From Squalus acanthias (lineage: Eukaryota): a DNA stretch of 64,000 bases. Where the stretch lies: contig CM059432.1 in assembly GCA_030390025.1 (NCBI GenBank), positions 6,324,001-6,388,000 of the forward strand, given 5' to 3'. A program made the translations under genes and the position numbers. Shown piece after piece: positions 1 to 10,711 of this stretch (within the stretch, counting starts at the first letter, position 1; the number at the start of each line of letters is the position of its first letter). The notes under the pieces were generated by a model. The model saw only the letters and a program-made list of their open reading frames with translations. It did not search any database and was not told the DNA's origin.

Positions 1-128
1 GATCAAGCTTTAGGTCAGCTGTCCTAATATCATGTGGCTCAGTGTCAAATTGTTTGACAATGCTCCTGTGAAGTGCATTGGGACGTTTCACTACGTTAAA
101 GGTGCAATATAAATGCAAGTTATTGTTG
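1..128 (+). mobile_element. L2-type LINE 3' end fragment
   Basis: Matches the L2 tail seen at 26300-26418 and 39060-39195, ending aaggtgcaatataaatgcaagttattgtt. Confidence 0.7.
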
Positions 129-2194
129 AGGAGGAATGGCCAAGTGGACCTTGTCTGGCTTCGAACCCAAGATGTTCTGGAACCATTTTCAATCTTGATT
201 TTATTTTAAAAGCTTGCATACTATTAAAACATCATCTTCTTGTCATTCCTGCAAAACATTAAAGTTTCATAATTTCTCAATACCCTAACTGAAGGTTCTC
301 GTCTCTGAAAATCAATACTGCTGCCCATCCGCCATTCTACTGATACTGTTACATAAAGACTCAAAGCAGGGCAGCAGAGTTCGAGTTTTGGGGATCGGTA
401 GCCTGTTAAAATAAAATTAGCCATTAGCAAGGGTAGAGTGGCATATTTTGTTATTGTCTACATTATCAGCAGTGTGAAAGATTGAATTTCACTAAAAACT
501 GTATTTTGTTCAGTCATGTATTTCATGTCAAATAAGGTTTACAATTGACCTGGTCTCACTAGCGCTGATCAGTGTGCCTTCAAGAAGATAGGAAAAATTA
601 ATATGAGGCATGTACAAGAAATGAACGTGGAGCACAGAATCCAGTATTCGCAAGTCCTATTGTTTTAGCCTTTGGGTCACGCTATCATGCAACTAGATAT
701 TTGGCAGTAAAGGTACACTCCAGTTTGTAGGCGATGAGAGGTCCACTTATGAGAATGACTGATGTCTTGAACCTGAGAGAATAGCTAGTGCAGACCCAAA
801 GTTTGCAACACTGGTCTCTGGGTGTACCCTCTTGCTCTACAGTGATTTAGACATAGATTCCTGGATAGATCTGCAAACTATATTATTCCTGACAAATTTG
901 AATATAGTTATGGATAGTTAATTAAGCTGTATTATTATTAGGCCAAATAAATACACTGATCAGTAATTTCACTCAAGAATTTAACAGATGTATTTAATGG
1001 AGAATGGTTACTTCAGCACAGCAGTCTGTTTTCCTAAACTGAAAATGTTGCAGAAAATCTTATACTCAAATCTTTGACCGTTCTGTGAACAATCAGGCAT
1101 GACCATACAAGTATCTTAAGAGTTTCAATTAGAAAAGAATTAAAGGAGTTCATGTATTTTAAGATTGACAGCTATGATAAGTAAGTGAATGGCACTCTGC
1201 AAATTTACCTATAAGATGTATGCAGGAAGCAGGAACCTATTTGTATTTAATGTTTATACATCTGACTCTTCCAGGTCTGGTTGTGGAATGCTGTAGTTGA
1301 AACCCCAGTAAATGTCAAGTATCTCAGGAATATCTAATGAGTCTTTCACCGAATAATAAAAGCAGTAACTATTTTTTGACATACGTAGGATCTAAAGTAT
1401 AGGACACAGTGAATAAAACCATAAACATTGCTCAATTTAATTGAAAATTGATTACATTAAATTGTACAAAAGAATTACAATTTACAGATAAGGTTTGTTT
1501 TAGAATTTGAAACATAATTTAGTTATCTCTGGACTATGTTTCAGAACATTGACAGGCAACCACAAAAATTACTAGCATGTTGCAAACTGCATTGAGATTT
1601 ATTTATTTTACAAAAATGTTATGCAGCATAGCAGATGGTCACTGGAACAAAGACAGATGTCTGTGAATTTTATCTGCCAGGAACACAGAAAGAAAGCGGC
1701 AAACTCCAACTTGCCACAACCTGATGGAAGCCCCACCAACCCTGGTTCAAGTGGTGATTGTTAAATGCTGGAGCCGAGATGGCAGAATGCATTACAGCAC
1801 CACCTTCAGCTCTATGAAGAGGTGCGATGGATACAGGTTCAATTTTTCTGCATGATACAATGCCTGATCTGAGTTGCATTCCCTTGGGCTATTAGATTCC
1901 TCCTATTGATGGAGAATTGAGAGCAGGTTAATTCATCCAGAGAATGGGGAGAAAGCAGGATTCACAATTTCACAGACAAATTAAAAAAAAAAGGCACACT
2001 TGAACTTTTGAGTGTACCGTTGATGGGCAACAAGATGCTCTGGAAGAGAATGAAACTGGGAGACCAATTGCAGTGTTAAGCTTTCTCACGAGTATTTTTG
2101 TAACTCTTGCACAACTGCTCCAACCACAATGCATGGAACGGTCAGCTAGGCCTTGGATTTTTTAATGGGCTCTTCTACACAGGAATGGCATAAT

Positions 2195-2937
2195 GGGCCG
2201 TATATTCCGAACCTACGGGTGTGTACGCGCTGTGTACACGCCCGTAAGGACATTGGAAATGCCGGTTTCAGGCATGCCAAGTGCATGCGCTGAAAACCGG
2301 CATTTCCGATCTGTCAAGAATGCTCTAAAGAAGGGCCTCTGGGGGTGGGGGGGAGGGCGGGGAAGAAAGAGTTCCGCTTTCTGGATAACCTCCGCCCGCT
2401 GAAAACCCTTAAAAATCTTACTCCTGGTAAAAGCAGGCGTAAGGCCTGCTTTTACCAGCATAAAATTTCAAAAAAGTTAAGAAATTTTTCCCCCCACTCA
2501 TTTATCATTTAAAAAAGGTAAGTTTATTTATAGCCCCGTAAAAAACTTTAATTCTTTTTTCCAAAAAATTACATTTTTGTTTAAAATATTTAATTTATTG
2601 TAATTTCAACATTTTAAAAATGTGATATTTAAAAAAAAATTTATTTAATGTTTTACAGTGTTTTTGGGGTGATCTCCATTCATATATTTGACAGGTCTAT
2701 CTGTCAAGTGTATGAAGGGAGATTCCCTTCTCCTATTGGCTCCCCATGGCCCACGTGATCCCAGGGACGCTTGCGAACTGCCTGCGCCTCTGGGATACGT
2801 GGGCCCTGCACATTTCGAGTTGGAGAGGCCCAGGAGCGGAAGTATACGCACCTCGGGAGCCCTCAATTAAGTCGGTAGATTTTTTCCAGATCGGAGGCCT
2901 CTGCACGCAGGAAGCCTCCAATCGGAAAATACGGCCC
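2195..2937. mobile_element. Harbinger/PIF-like non-autonomous DNA transposon (MITE)
   Basis: TIRs gggccgtatattccga / tcggaaaatacggccc (16 bp, 1 mismatch), flanked by AAT on both sides; GC-rich palindromic ends, AT-rich core; homologous to 53258-54018. Confidence 0.7.
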
Positions 2938-3369
2938 AATATGTTTGTATCTGTGTGGCTAGCCATTTATAAGCCCTTAAACCTTTGTGGATGAAGTTCA
3001 GGTACAAAGTTCCAGAATCATCTTGTATTACATGAAACTAGAGCACAGTGAAACATCTGTCAACTATTATAGTAACCTTCTTAGTCCAGTCAGACAATAT
3101 TGTAAAGCAGTCCTCTTACCACTTAAATTGCAAGAGCACCACTAAAAAATTTGGCAACCACATGCACATGGTCAGCACCAAAATAAGTGAAAGATTCAAA
3201 ATAGTGCAAACAAAAAAAAATGATCTGAGGCCATATCAAAGAATGTTAAGAGCAAATACAGAACAATTTTCACAAGTATTTTAATTTGCCCAGTCACTCA
3301 ACAGAATACAGTACATTACAATGTTCAGATATTACAATGTTCAGATATTACAAGTGGCGACATCAAAAA

Positions 3370-3446
3370 CACTTCATTGGCTGTAAAGCGCTATGGGATA
3401 TCCCAAGATTGTGACAGGCACTATATAAATGCAAGTCTTTCTTTCT
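3370..3446 (+). mobile_element. DeuSINE (SacSINE1-like) 3' tail fragment
   Basis: acttcattggctgtaaagcgct...ctatataaatgcaagtctttctttc, as in the full-length copies. Confidence 0.7.
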
Positions 3447-4411
3447 TATATACATAAATGCTGAAAACAATAAAAGCAATAAATACACTAATGTTTGTGC
3501 AGCATCTTTTGGTTTCTTTTCTTTTCTATGTTGCAACGTTTTTCTGGCTACAGCTGCCCAATTTCACATGCTCTAATTCGCTTATGGCAATTCTTGAAAA
3601 GGATGTTTCTGTATGATAGAATAATTTATTGTGCTAAAATGAAAACTATGACCATCTTCTCTCTTTATTGCTATCTGTCAACTGCTCTGCTGGCTTTGTG
3701 CCCATCATCTTTTCCAAGAATCTGGTTTGATCCCTCATTACTCATTTTTGACATCTGCCGTTATCAATCTCTTCCTCCAGCTTGCCCTCTCAATGCCTTT
3801 TATCTAAACATTTCTATTTCTTTGATAACTTGCTTTCTCATTCATGCATTAAAAGCAGCACGCCCCTCGGCTGCACTGTAAGACTTCAGCAGGAGCACAT
3901 CCACAATCTTCTGTAACTCTTAAGACTTCCAGTAATTCATATCTACTTGGGAAACGGTACACAAAATACTAGTACCTTCACCCAATTCTCTTTCATACAT
4001 CAGTGAGAATGACATTTTTAGGTGCCCTCATACACTCAAGGGTTCAGAGGACACCCTGGAAGTTTTTGAAGTTCAGCAGGATACTAATCGCGCAAAATTA
4101 TTTTATTTTTAAATGAGTTTGTTATTTCAGTGATTCAGCTTAATTATAAAATAACAATTGATGTTATTGTAATTATTAACTTATAATTGTTATAATTAAT
4201 TAAAAAATGCACTAAGCGAACTGCATAAAATCTTGCTACATTGCAACCCCATTACTTAGTCACAACTCAACATAGCTTTCTGAATTATATGGTTTCTGAA
4301 CAAAATCAAATGATAAAACGAAGGAAGAGCAACACTGTAAACTTTCGATGGCCATCACGTTTGTGTCTGTGTGCGCGTTGGGGGGGGCAGAAAATGAAAT
4401 AAAATTACATA

Positions 4412-7400
4412 ACATAAGAAATAGAAGCAGGAGTAGGTCATACGGCCCCTTGAGCCTGCTCCTCCATTCAATAAGATCATGGCTGATCATTGACCTCAAC
4501 GCCACTTTCCCGCCCGATCCCATATCCCTCGATTTCCCACGAGTCCAAAAATCTATCGACCTCAGCCTTGAATATACTCAACGACTCAGCATCCACAGCC
4601 CTCTGGGGCAGAGAATTCCAAAGATTCACAACCTTCAGTGAAGAAATTCATCCTCATCTCGGTCTTAAATGGCTGACCCCTCATCCAGAGACTATGCCCC
4701 CCTGTTCTAGACACTCCAGCCAGGGGAAACAACCTCTCAGCATCTACCCTGTCAATCTCCTTTAGAATCTTGTATGTTTCAATGAGATCACCTCTCATTC
4801 TTCTAAATTCCAGAGTGTATATGCCCATTCTACACAATCTCTCATCATAGGACAGCCCTCTCACCCCAGAAATCAATCTAGTGAATCTTCATTGTACCGC
4901 CTCCAAGGCAAGTATATCCTTCCTTAGATAAGGAGACCAAAACTGTGCACAGTACTCCAGGTACTCTTTAGCTCTTTTTTGGCCGGCACAGGCACGATGG
5001 GCTGAATGGTCTGCTTCTTTGCTGTAAATTTCTATGATTCTGATTCACCAAGGCCCTGTACAATTGTTGCAAGACATCCTTACTCTTATACTCCAACCCC
5101 CTTGCAATAAAGGCCAACATGCCATTTGCCTTCCTTATTGGTTTCTGTATCTGCATTCTAGCTTTCTATGTTTTTTGCACGAGGACACCCAAATCTCTCT
5201 GAACACCAACATTTAAAAGTTTCTCACCATTTAAAAAATATTCCGTTTTTCTATTCTTCCTACCAAAGTGAATAACCTCACATTTCCCTACATTATACTC
5301 CATCTGCCACCTTACTACCCACCCACTGAGACTATCTACATTCCTTTGCAGACTCTGTGTTCTCCGCACAGCTTACTGTCACACCTAGCTTTGTATCGTC
5401 AGAAAACTTGGATACATTACACTCGGTCCCTTCATCTAGGTCATTAATATAGATTGTAAATAGCTGAGGCCCCAGCACTGATCCTTGCGGCACCTCACTA
5501 GTTACAGCCTGCCAACCTGAAAAAGACCCGTTTATCCCTACTCTCTGTTTTCCTTCTGTGAACCAATCCTCTATCCATGCTACTATATTACCCCCAACCC
5601 CATGAGCCTTTATCTTGTGCAGTAACCTTTTATGTGGCACCTTATCGAATGCCTTTTGGAAATCCAAATATACTACAGGAAACTCTTTATTAACCGGCAC
5701 CGACGGGACCGGCGTGGTGCTGGTTAATCAAAAAGTCCGGATAACGGAGAGTTATATCTCCCAACGTACGAGAGCCCCGTACACATTGACATGCGCCAGC
5801 ATTCGGAGCTCCGTCTCCCCGGGGACCGCCAGCTGACCATCTGTCGTGTCCGCTGCCTACCCGGGCTGCACATTCCCCTCCCAATCTACACGCTCCGATA
5901 CAAGGCAAACGCCTCGGGGTTTTTTTAAAAGTTAATTTTAAACGAGAGTTGAAGGAAAACCCCGGTTACCTACTCAAGAATTTTGCCGGTTAAGAGAGAT
6001 TTCCGGATATTTGGGTGCCGGTTAATAAAGAGTTTCCTGTACATCCACTGGTTCTCCTTTATCTACCCTGCTCGTTACATCCTCAAAAAACTCGAATAAA
6101 TTTGTCAAACACGATTTCCCTTTCATAAAACCATGTTGACTCTGCCTAATCATGTTATGATTTTCTAAGTGCCCTGATACCACTTCGTGACCAATGGATT
6201 CCAGCATTTTCCCGACGACTGATGTCAGGCTAACTGGTCTGTAGTTCCGTTTTCTCTCTCCCTCCTTTCTTGAATAGCGGTGTTACATTTGCTACCTTCC
6301 AAACCACTGGGACCGTTCTAGACTCTAGGGAATTTTGGAAGATCAAAACCAATGCATCCACTATCTGCAGCCACTTCTTTTCGAACCCTAGGATGCAGGC
6401 TGTCAGGTCCAGGGGATTTGTCAGCTTTTAGTCCCATTAGTTTCTCTAGTACTTTTTCTCTACTTATATTAATTACGTTAAGTTCCTCACTCTCATTAGA
6501 CCCTTGGTTCCCCACCATTTTTGGTATGCTTTTGTGTCTTCCACTGTGAAGACAGATACAAAATATTTGTTTAACGTTTCTGCCATTTCCTTATTCCCCA
6601 TAATAATTTCTCCTGTCTCAGCCTCTAAGGGACCAACGTTTACTTTTGCTACTCTTCCTTTTTATATACCAGTAGATCTTACAATCTGTTTTTATATTTC
6701 TTGCTAGTTTTCTCTCATATTCTATTTTTTCCCTTATCATCAATTTTTTGGTCATCCTTTGCTGGTTTCTGAAACTCTCCCAATCCTCAGGCTCACCACT
6801 ATTCTTCGCAATATTATAAGCTTCTTCTTTCAATCTAATGCTATCCTTAACTTCTTTAGTTAGCCACGGATTGATCACCTTTCCCGTGGAGTTTTTGTTT
6901 CTCAATGGCATGTGTTTTTGTTGAGAATTATGAAATATTTCTTAAAAATATTTCTTCTGCTTATCTACCGCCTTACCTTTTAATCTATTTTTCCAATCTA
7001 CCTTAGCCAACTCGCCCCTCATACCTATGTAATTAGCTTTATTTAAGATTAAGACTCTAGTTTCGGACTTAGGCAAGTCACTCTCAAACTTAATGTGAAA
7101 TTCTATCATATTATGATCACTCTACCCCAGAGGATCCTTTACTATGAGATTGCTAATTAACTGTATCTCATTACACAATACAAGATCTAAAATAGCCTGT
7201 TCCCTGGTTGGTTCCATGATGTATTGTTCTAGGAAACTGACCCAAATGCATTCCATGAACTCGTCCTCCAGACTGCCTTTGCCAATTTGATTTGTCCAGT
7301 CTATATGAGGATTAAAGTCTCCCACGATTATTGCATTACCTTTGTTACAAGCTCCTACTATTTCTTGATTAATATTTTGTCCAACGGTATAGCTACTGTT

Positions 7401-7930
7401 AGGGGACCTCGAAACTACTCCCACCAGTGTTTTCTGCCCCTTGTTATTCCTTATCTCCACCCATACTGATTCTACTTCCTGACCTTCCGAGCCAAGATCC
7501 TTTCTCTCTACTGTCCTTATGTCATCCTTTATTATCAGGGCTACTCCCCCTCCTTTTCCATTCTGCCTGTCTTTTCAAAACGTCAAGTACCCTGGAACAT
7601 TTAGTTCCCAACCTTGGTCACCTTGCAACCATGTCTCTGTAATGGCTATTAGATCAAACCCATTTATCTCTATTTGTGCCACTAGTTCGTCTATCCTGTT
7701 AAGAATGCTTTGTGCATTCAGATAAAGAGCCTTTAATTTAAATTTGTTACCATTATTCCTTGCTTTGACATTCTCTGCGGCACTGCTACCGTTAAACTCT
7801 CTGTCCCTTCCTGTCACACTCTGCTTATTTTTACCCAAATCGCTACACTGCTCTATTGCCTTGATTTTTCTCTTCAGATTTCTAAATTTCCCCTCTTCTG
7901 ACTCCTCCCCCCACTTTTTTAGTTTAAAAC
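4412..7930 (-). mobile_element. CR1 LINE, long degraded copy (APE endonuclease, RT, 3' UTR), interrupted by a MITE and a short CR1 tail
   Basis: Minus-strand ORFs: LYLNAQSILNRIDEL...AITETWL (APE), SQHGFMKGKSCLTNL, YLDFQKAFDKVPH, PQGSVLGP, FSDDTKL (RT); CR1 tail with ttcttatg-type repeat at ~4412. Confidence 0.9.
5676..6039. mobile_element. Tigger/pogo (Tc1-mariner) MITE, 364 bp
   Basis: Perfect 26-bp TIR caggaaactctttattaaccggcacc; TA duplicated at 5674-5675 and 6040-6041; splits the CR1 VDVVYLDF motif. Confidence 0.92.
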
Positions 7931-7933
7931 CCT

Positions 7934-8108
7934 ATTATCTGGTCATTATCACATTGCTGTTTGTGGGAGCTTGCTGTGCTCCAATTGGTTGCCGCATTTC
8001 CTACATTACAACAGTGACTCCACTTCAAAAGGTACTTCATTGGCTGTAAAGCGCTTTGGGAAGTTCGGAGGTCGTGAAAGGTGCTATATAAATGCAAGTC
8101 TTTCTTTT
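7934..8108 (+). mobile_element. DeuSINE (SacSINE1-like) 3' half
   Basis: Same body and tail as the full copies at 19398 and 36286. Confidence 0.85.
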
Positions 8109-8295
8109 ATTACAGCGCCTGCAGCTTCAGCCCGGGTGCCAGCCGGCACAGACACACACTGTCCAATGTCACCGATCACATGAACCCCCCCCCCCCCAAC
8201 AACAAAAATGGCCGGCCTGGTTTCTTATGAAGGCAAGCGGGTTTGAAAAGTGAAATGGCCCGTTCCTGCTCTGACACACACACACCCATAGTAAT

Positions 8296-9072
8296 ACTAA
8301 TATAAAAACAGAAAATGCAACACCTGCCCTTTTACCTCCTCCCTTCCCACTGTCCAGGGCACCAAACACTCCTTCCAGGTGAAACAGCGATTTACTTATA
8401 CTTCTTACAATTTATTATACTGTATTCGCTGTTCACGATGCGGTCTTCTCTACAACGGGGAGACAAAGCACAGATTGGGTGACTGCTTTGCGGAACACCA
8501 CCATTCAGTCCGTAAGCGTGACCCCAAGCATCCGGTTGCCTGCCGCTTTAATTTTCCACTCCACCCACTCTGACCTCGGCCTCATACACTGTTCCAACAA
8601 AGCTCAACATAAGCTCGAGGAACAGCACCTCATCTTTCGAATAAGGAACTTTACCGCCTTCTGGAGTCAACATCAAATTCAACAATTTCAGACCATAACC
8701 TCTGTCCCTATCTTTTCACATGGCAGCTGTTGATGATTCCATCATTCCCATTTACACCTCATCTAGAGTCTTCTTTCATTTCTTAACTTGTCCCATCACC
8801 ATCTCCTTTCACCTCGCACCATCATCACTTTTGTCATTTAATCTCTCCTGCCTTTCGCCCTAGCACAGACCTTCCCTTTTGTGCTTTCCTCCCATTTGTT
8901 TAAAACCTGTTACTGTACATCTCTTTTTCCAGTTCTTACGAAAGGTCATCGACCTGAAACATTAACTCTGTTTCTCTCTCTCTCTCTACAGATGCTGCCT
9001 GACCTGCTGAGCGTTTCCAGCATTTCTTGTTTTGATTTCAGATTTCCAGCATCCGCAGTATTTTGCTTTTGT
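8296..9072 (+). mobile_element. Penelope-like retroelement, 5'-truncated (GIY-YIG endonuclease C-terminus plus 3' pseudo-LTR)
   Basis: ORF 8379-8573 YCIRCSRCGLLYNGETKHRLGDCFAEH is a GIY-YIG domain; pLTR with mutated hammerhead at 8931-8967; short inverted pLTR piece at 5' end; atagtaat on both flanks. Confidence 0.85.
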
Positions 9073-9390
9073 ATAGTAATTGGCCCGGTTTCTTTCGGTG
9101 GTCTGCGTGGAACAACATCGACTGGTTGGCAGAGGGGGGAAGGGAAGAGTTGGTTCAGCGCCTGCAATAAGCGAGGCCCCTGGCCGGCCGGTGCTACTTG
9201 AGGAGGCCTCGGGCTGCAGTTTGAACCGACGCTGAGGGAGAAGGGGGGGAAGGAAGTCAGCGAGGGACAGTTGTCCCGATCATAACGCTTGCTTGCCTGT
9301 TTGTTTGTTTGCTCGCTTCCACTCGGCCATCGGTCGGGTACATTCAATTCTCCGCGCTGAGAGCCACTCGAAAAAACAGCCAGCCGCCGC

Positions 9391-9635
9391 AAGTACGCCT
9401 GCGCTACCGTGGCCCCGCCCCCAAGGCACAGCAAGCGCGCCTGCGCCATCGTGACCCCGCCCACACAGCTGCCGGAAGTGCGCCTGCGCCACCGTCACCA
9501 CGCCCACACAGCAGCCGCAAATGCGCCTGCGCCATCGCCACCGCGCCCACACTGGGCGCAAGTGCGCCTGCGCCACCATCGCTCCGCCCACACAGGGCTC
9601 AAGTGCGCCTGCGACACCATCGCCCCGCCCCCCTC
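9391..9635 (+). repeat. Degenerate tandem repeat, 6 units of 41-43 bp
   Basis: Units start at 9391, 9433, 9476, 9519, 9560, 9601; consensus approximately aagtgcgcctgcgccaccgtcgccccgcccacacagcngc. Confidence 0.9.
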
Positions 9636-9689
9636 CCCTCTCGGCGGCCGTGGCGCGAGCTGAGGCGGTTGGCGGAAGTGACGCGTTTT

Positions 9690-9955
9690 TCAAGCAAGCG
9701 GGCGGGCGGCCGGCCGCTCAGGCAGCTGCGCAGGCGCGGGAACGGTGCGTTGCACTTCGGGATAGCGGAAGAGTGCGGCGTTTGTCATCCTGGGAGAGTT
9801 GCGTTGGTGACGGGAGAAGGAGAGGCGGAGGATGGTGATGAGGATGAGGAGGCAGCGGCTCTCCAAGGTGTGAGCGGAGTTAGCGGCTGACTGCAGCGAG
9901 CCGCTGGCCTGGCCGCTCCTGATGACAGGCCGTGCTTGTGTGATCTCTGGCAGAG
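9690..9955 (+). other. VPS13B: Probable 5' non-coding exon 1 of VPS13B (boundaries uncertain)
   Basis: Just downstream of the promoter motifs; candidate donors AAG|GTGTGA (9867/8), GT|GTGAGC (9869/70), GAG|GTGGGT (9955/6); next exon has an acceptor and short UTR before the ATG. Confidence 0.5.
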
Positions 9956-10403
9956 GTGGGTCTCTTGAGGACAGCACACACACAGAGTTTGTGGCCCTGC
10001 TTTCCCCGCTCACCTGGCCACAGGCAGGCAGACTGTCTTTGCCCCGGGGGCCGACCCACCTCACTCTGCTCGGCTTTCTGGTGTTATAACGGGTGTTGGA
10101 ATAACCTGAACTCGGTAACAGGTTTCTCTCTGTTGGTTGGGACACTTCATATTGGGAGATAACAAACTCCCATTTTATATAATTTATGCAAATTGCTGAT
10201 CGTTTGACAGATCTGTTTATGGTCGCAGTTCAGAGACGGACGCATGCGTTTGTAAGCCCCAGTTAAAGTCAAACACGACCTGCCTTTTACAAATCCGTGT
10301 TGGCTCTCCTTAATTAGCTTAAACCTCTCCAAGTGCCATCTTGCCCATTGGTAACTCCGTACAATATCTCCAAGTCTTCACTCACAGTAAAGAATAGCAT
10401 CAG

Positions 10404-10556
10404 AAAATGCTGGAAACACTCAGCAGGCCAGGCGGCATCCGTGGAGAGAGAAACAGAGTTAACGTTTCAGGTCTGGGACCCTTCATCGCTGCCCTGCTGA
10501 GTGTTTCCAGCATTTTCTGTTGTTTTTTCAGATTTCCAACATCCGCAGTATTTTGC
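10404..10556. mobile_element. Penelope-derived mini insert (inverted pLTR arm + sense arm + tail)
   Basis: 16-bp direct repeat taaagaatagcatcag at 10388-10403 and 10557-10572; internal inverted arms; truncated hammerhead on minus strand. Confidence 0.85.
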
Positions 10557-10687
10557 TAAAGAATAGCATCAGTTGTCTTTGAGTGGACTTTGCACTTACA
10601 GCATACACAAACTACTCCCTAAACCAATGTAAAAGTGGCATGGACAAGAGCATTAGAAGCAGGTCACTTGTTGCTCCTCCATAAGGC

Positions 10688-10711
10688 TGTGTGTGTGTGT
10701 GTGTGTGTGTG
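10688..10711. repeat. (TG)12 microsatellite
   Basis: Read directly. Confidence 0.95.

Larger units (their letters stand above)
9080..10100. promoter_or_regulatory. VPS13B: CpG-island promoter of VPS13B (TATA-less, NRF1/ETS/Sp-type)
   Basis: Only extended CpG-dense non-TE region, ~7 kb upstream of the ATG exon; CCGGAAGTG at 9472-9480, GCGGAAGTGACGC at 9672-9684, repeated GCGCCTGCGC and GC boxes. Confidence 0.85.

Noticed and set aside
3315..3353. 17-bp tandem duplication attacaatgttcagat
   Set aside because: Simple slippage duplication with no other signal
3495..3960. 128-aa plus-strand ORF and purine-rich minus strand
   Set aside because: Non-ATG start, low-information hydrophobic product; minus-strand frames checked contain stops
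8931..8967. Active hammerhead at the promoter-proximal Penelope copy
   Set aside because: Core is CUUACGA (G5 lost) and the palindrome is broken; predicted inactive
9391..9635. CRISPR-like repeat-spacer pattern
   Set aside because: Whole units are homologous with no unique spacers, the context is vertebrate and no cas genes are present
8946..10162. Overlapping 100-190 aa ORFs on both strands
   Set aside because: Stop-poor GC-rich island and the 42-bp repeat; low-complexity Ala/Arg/Pro products with no recognisable domain
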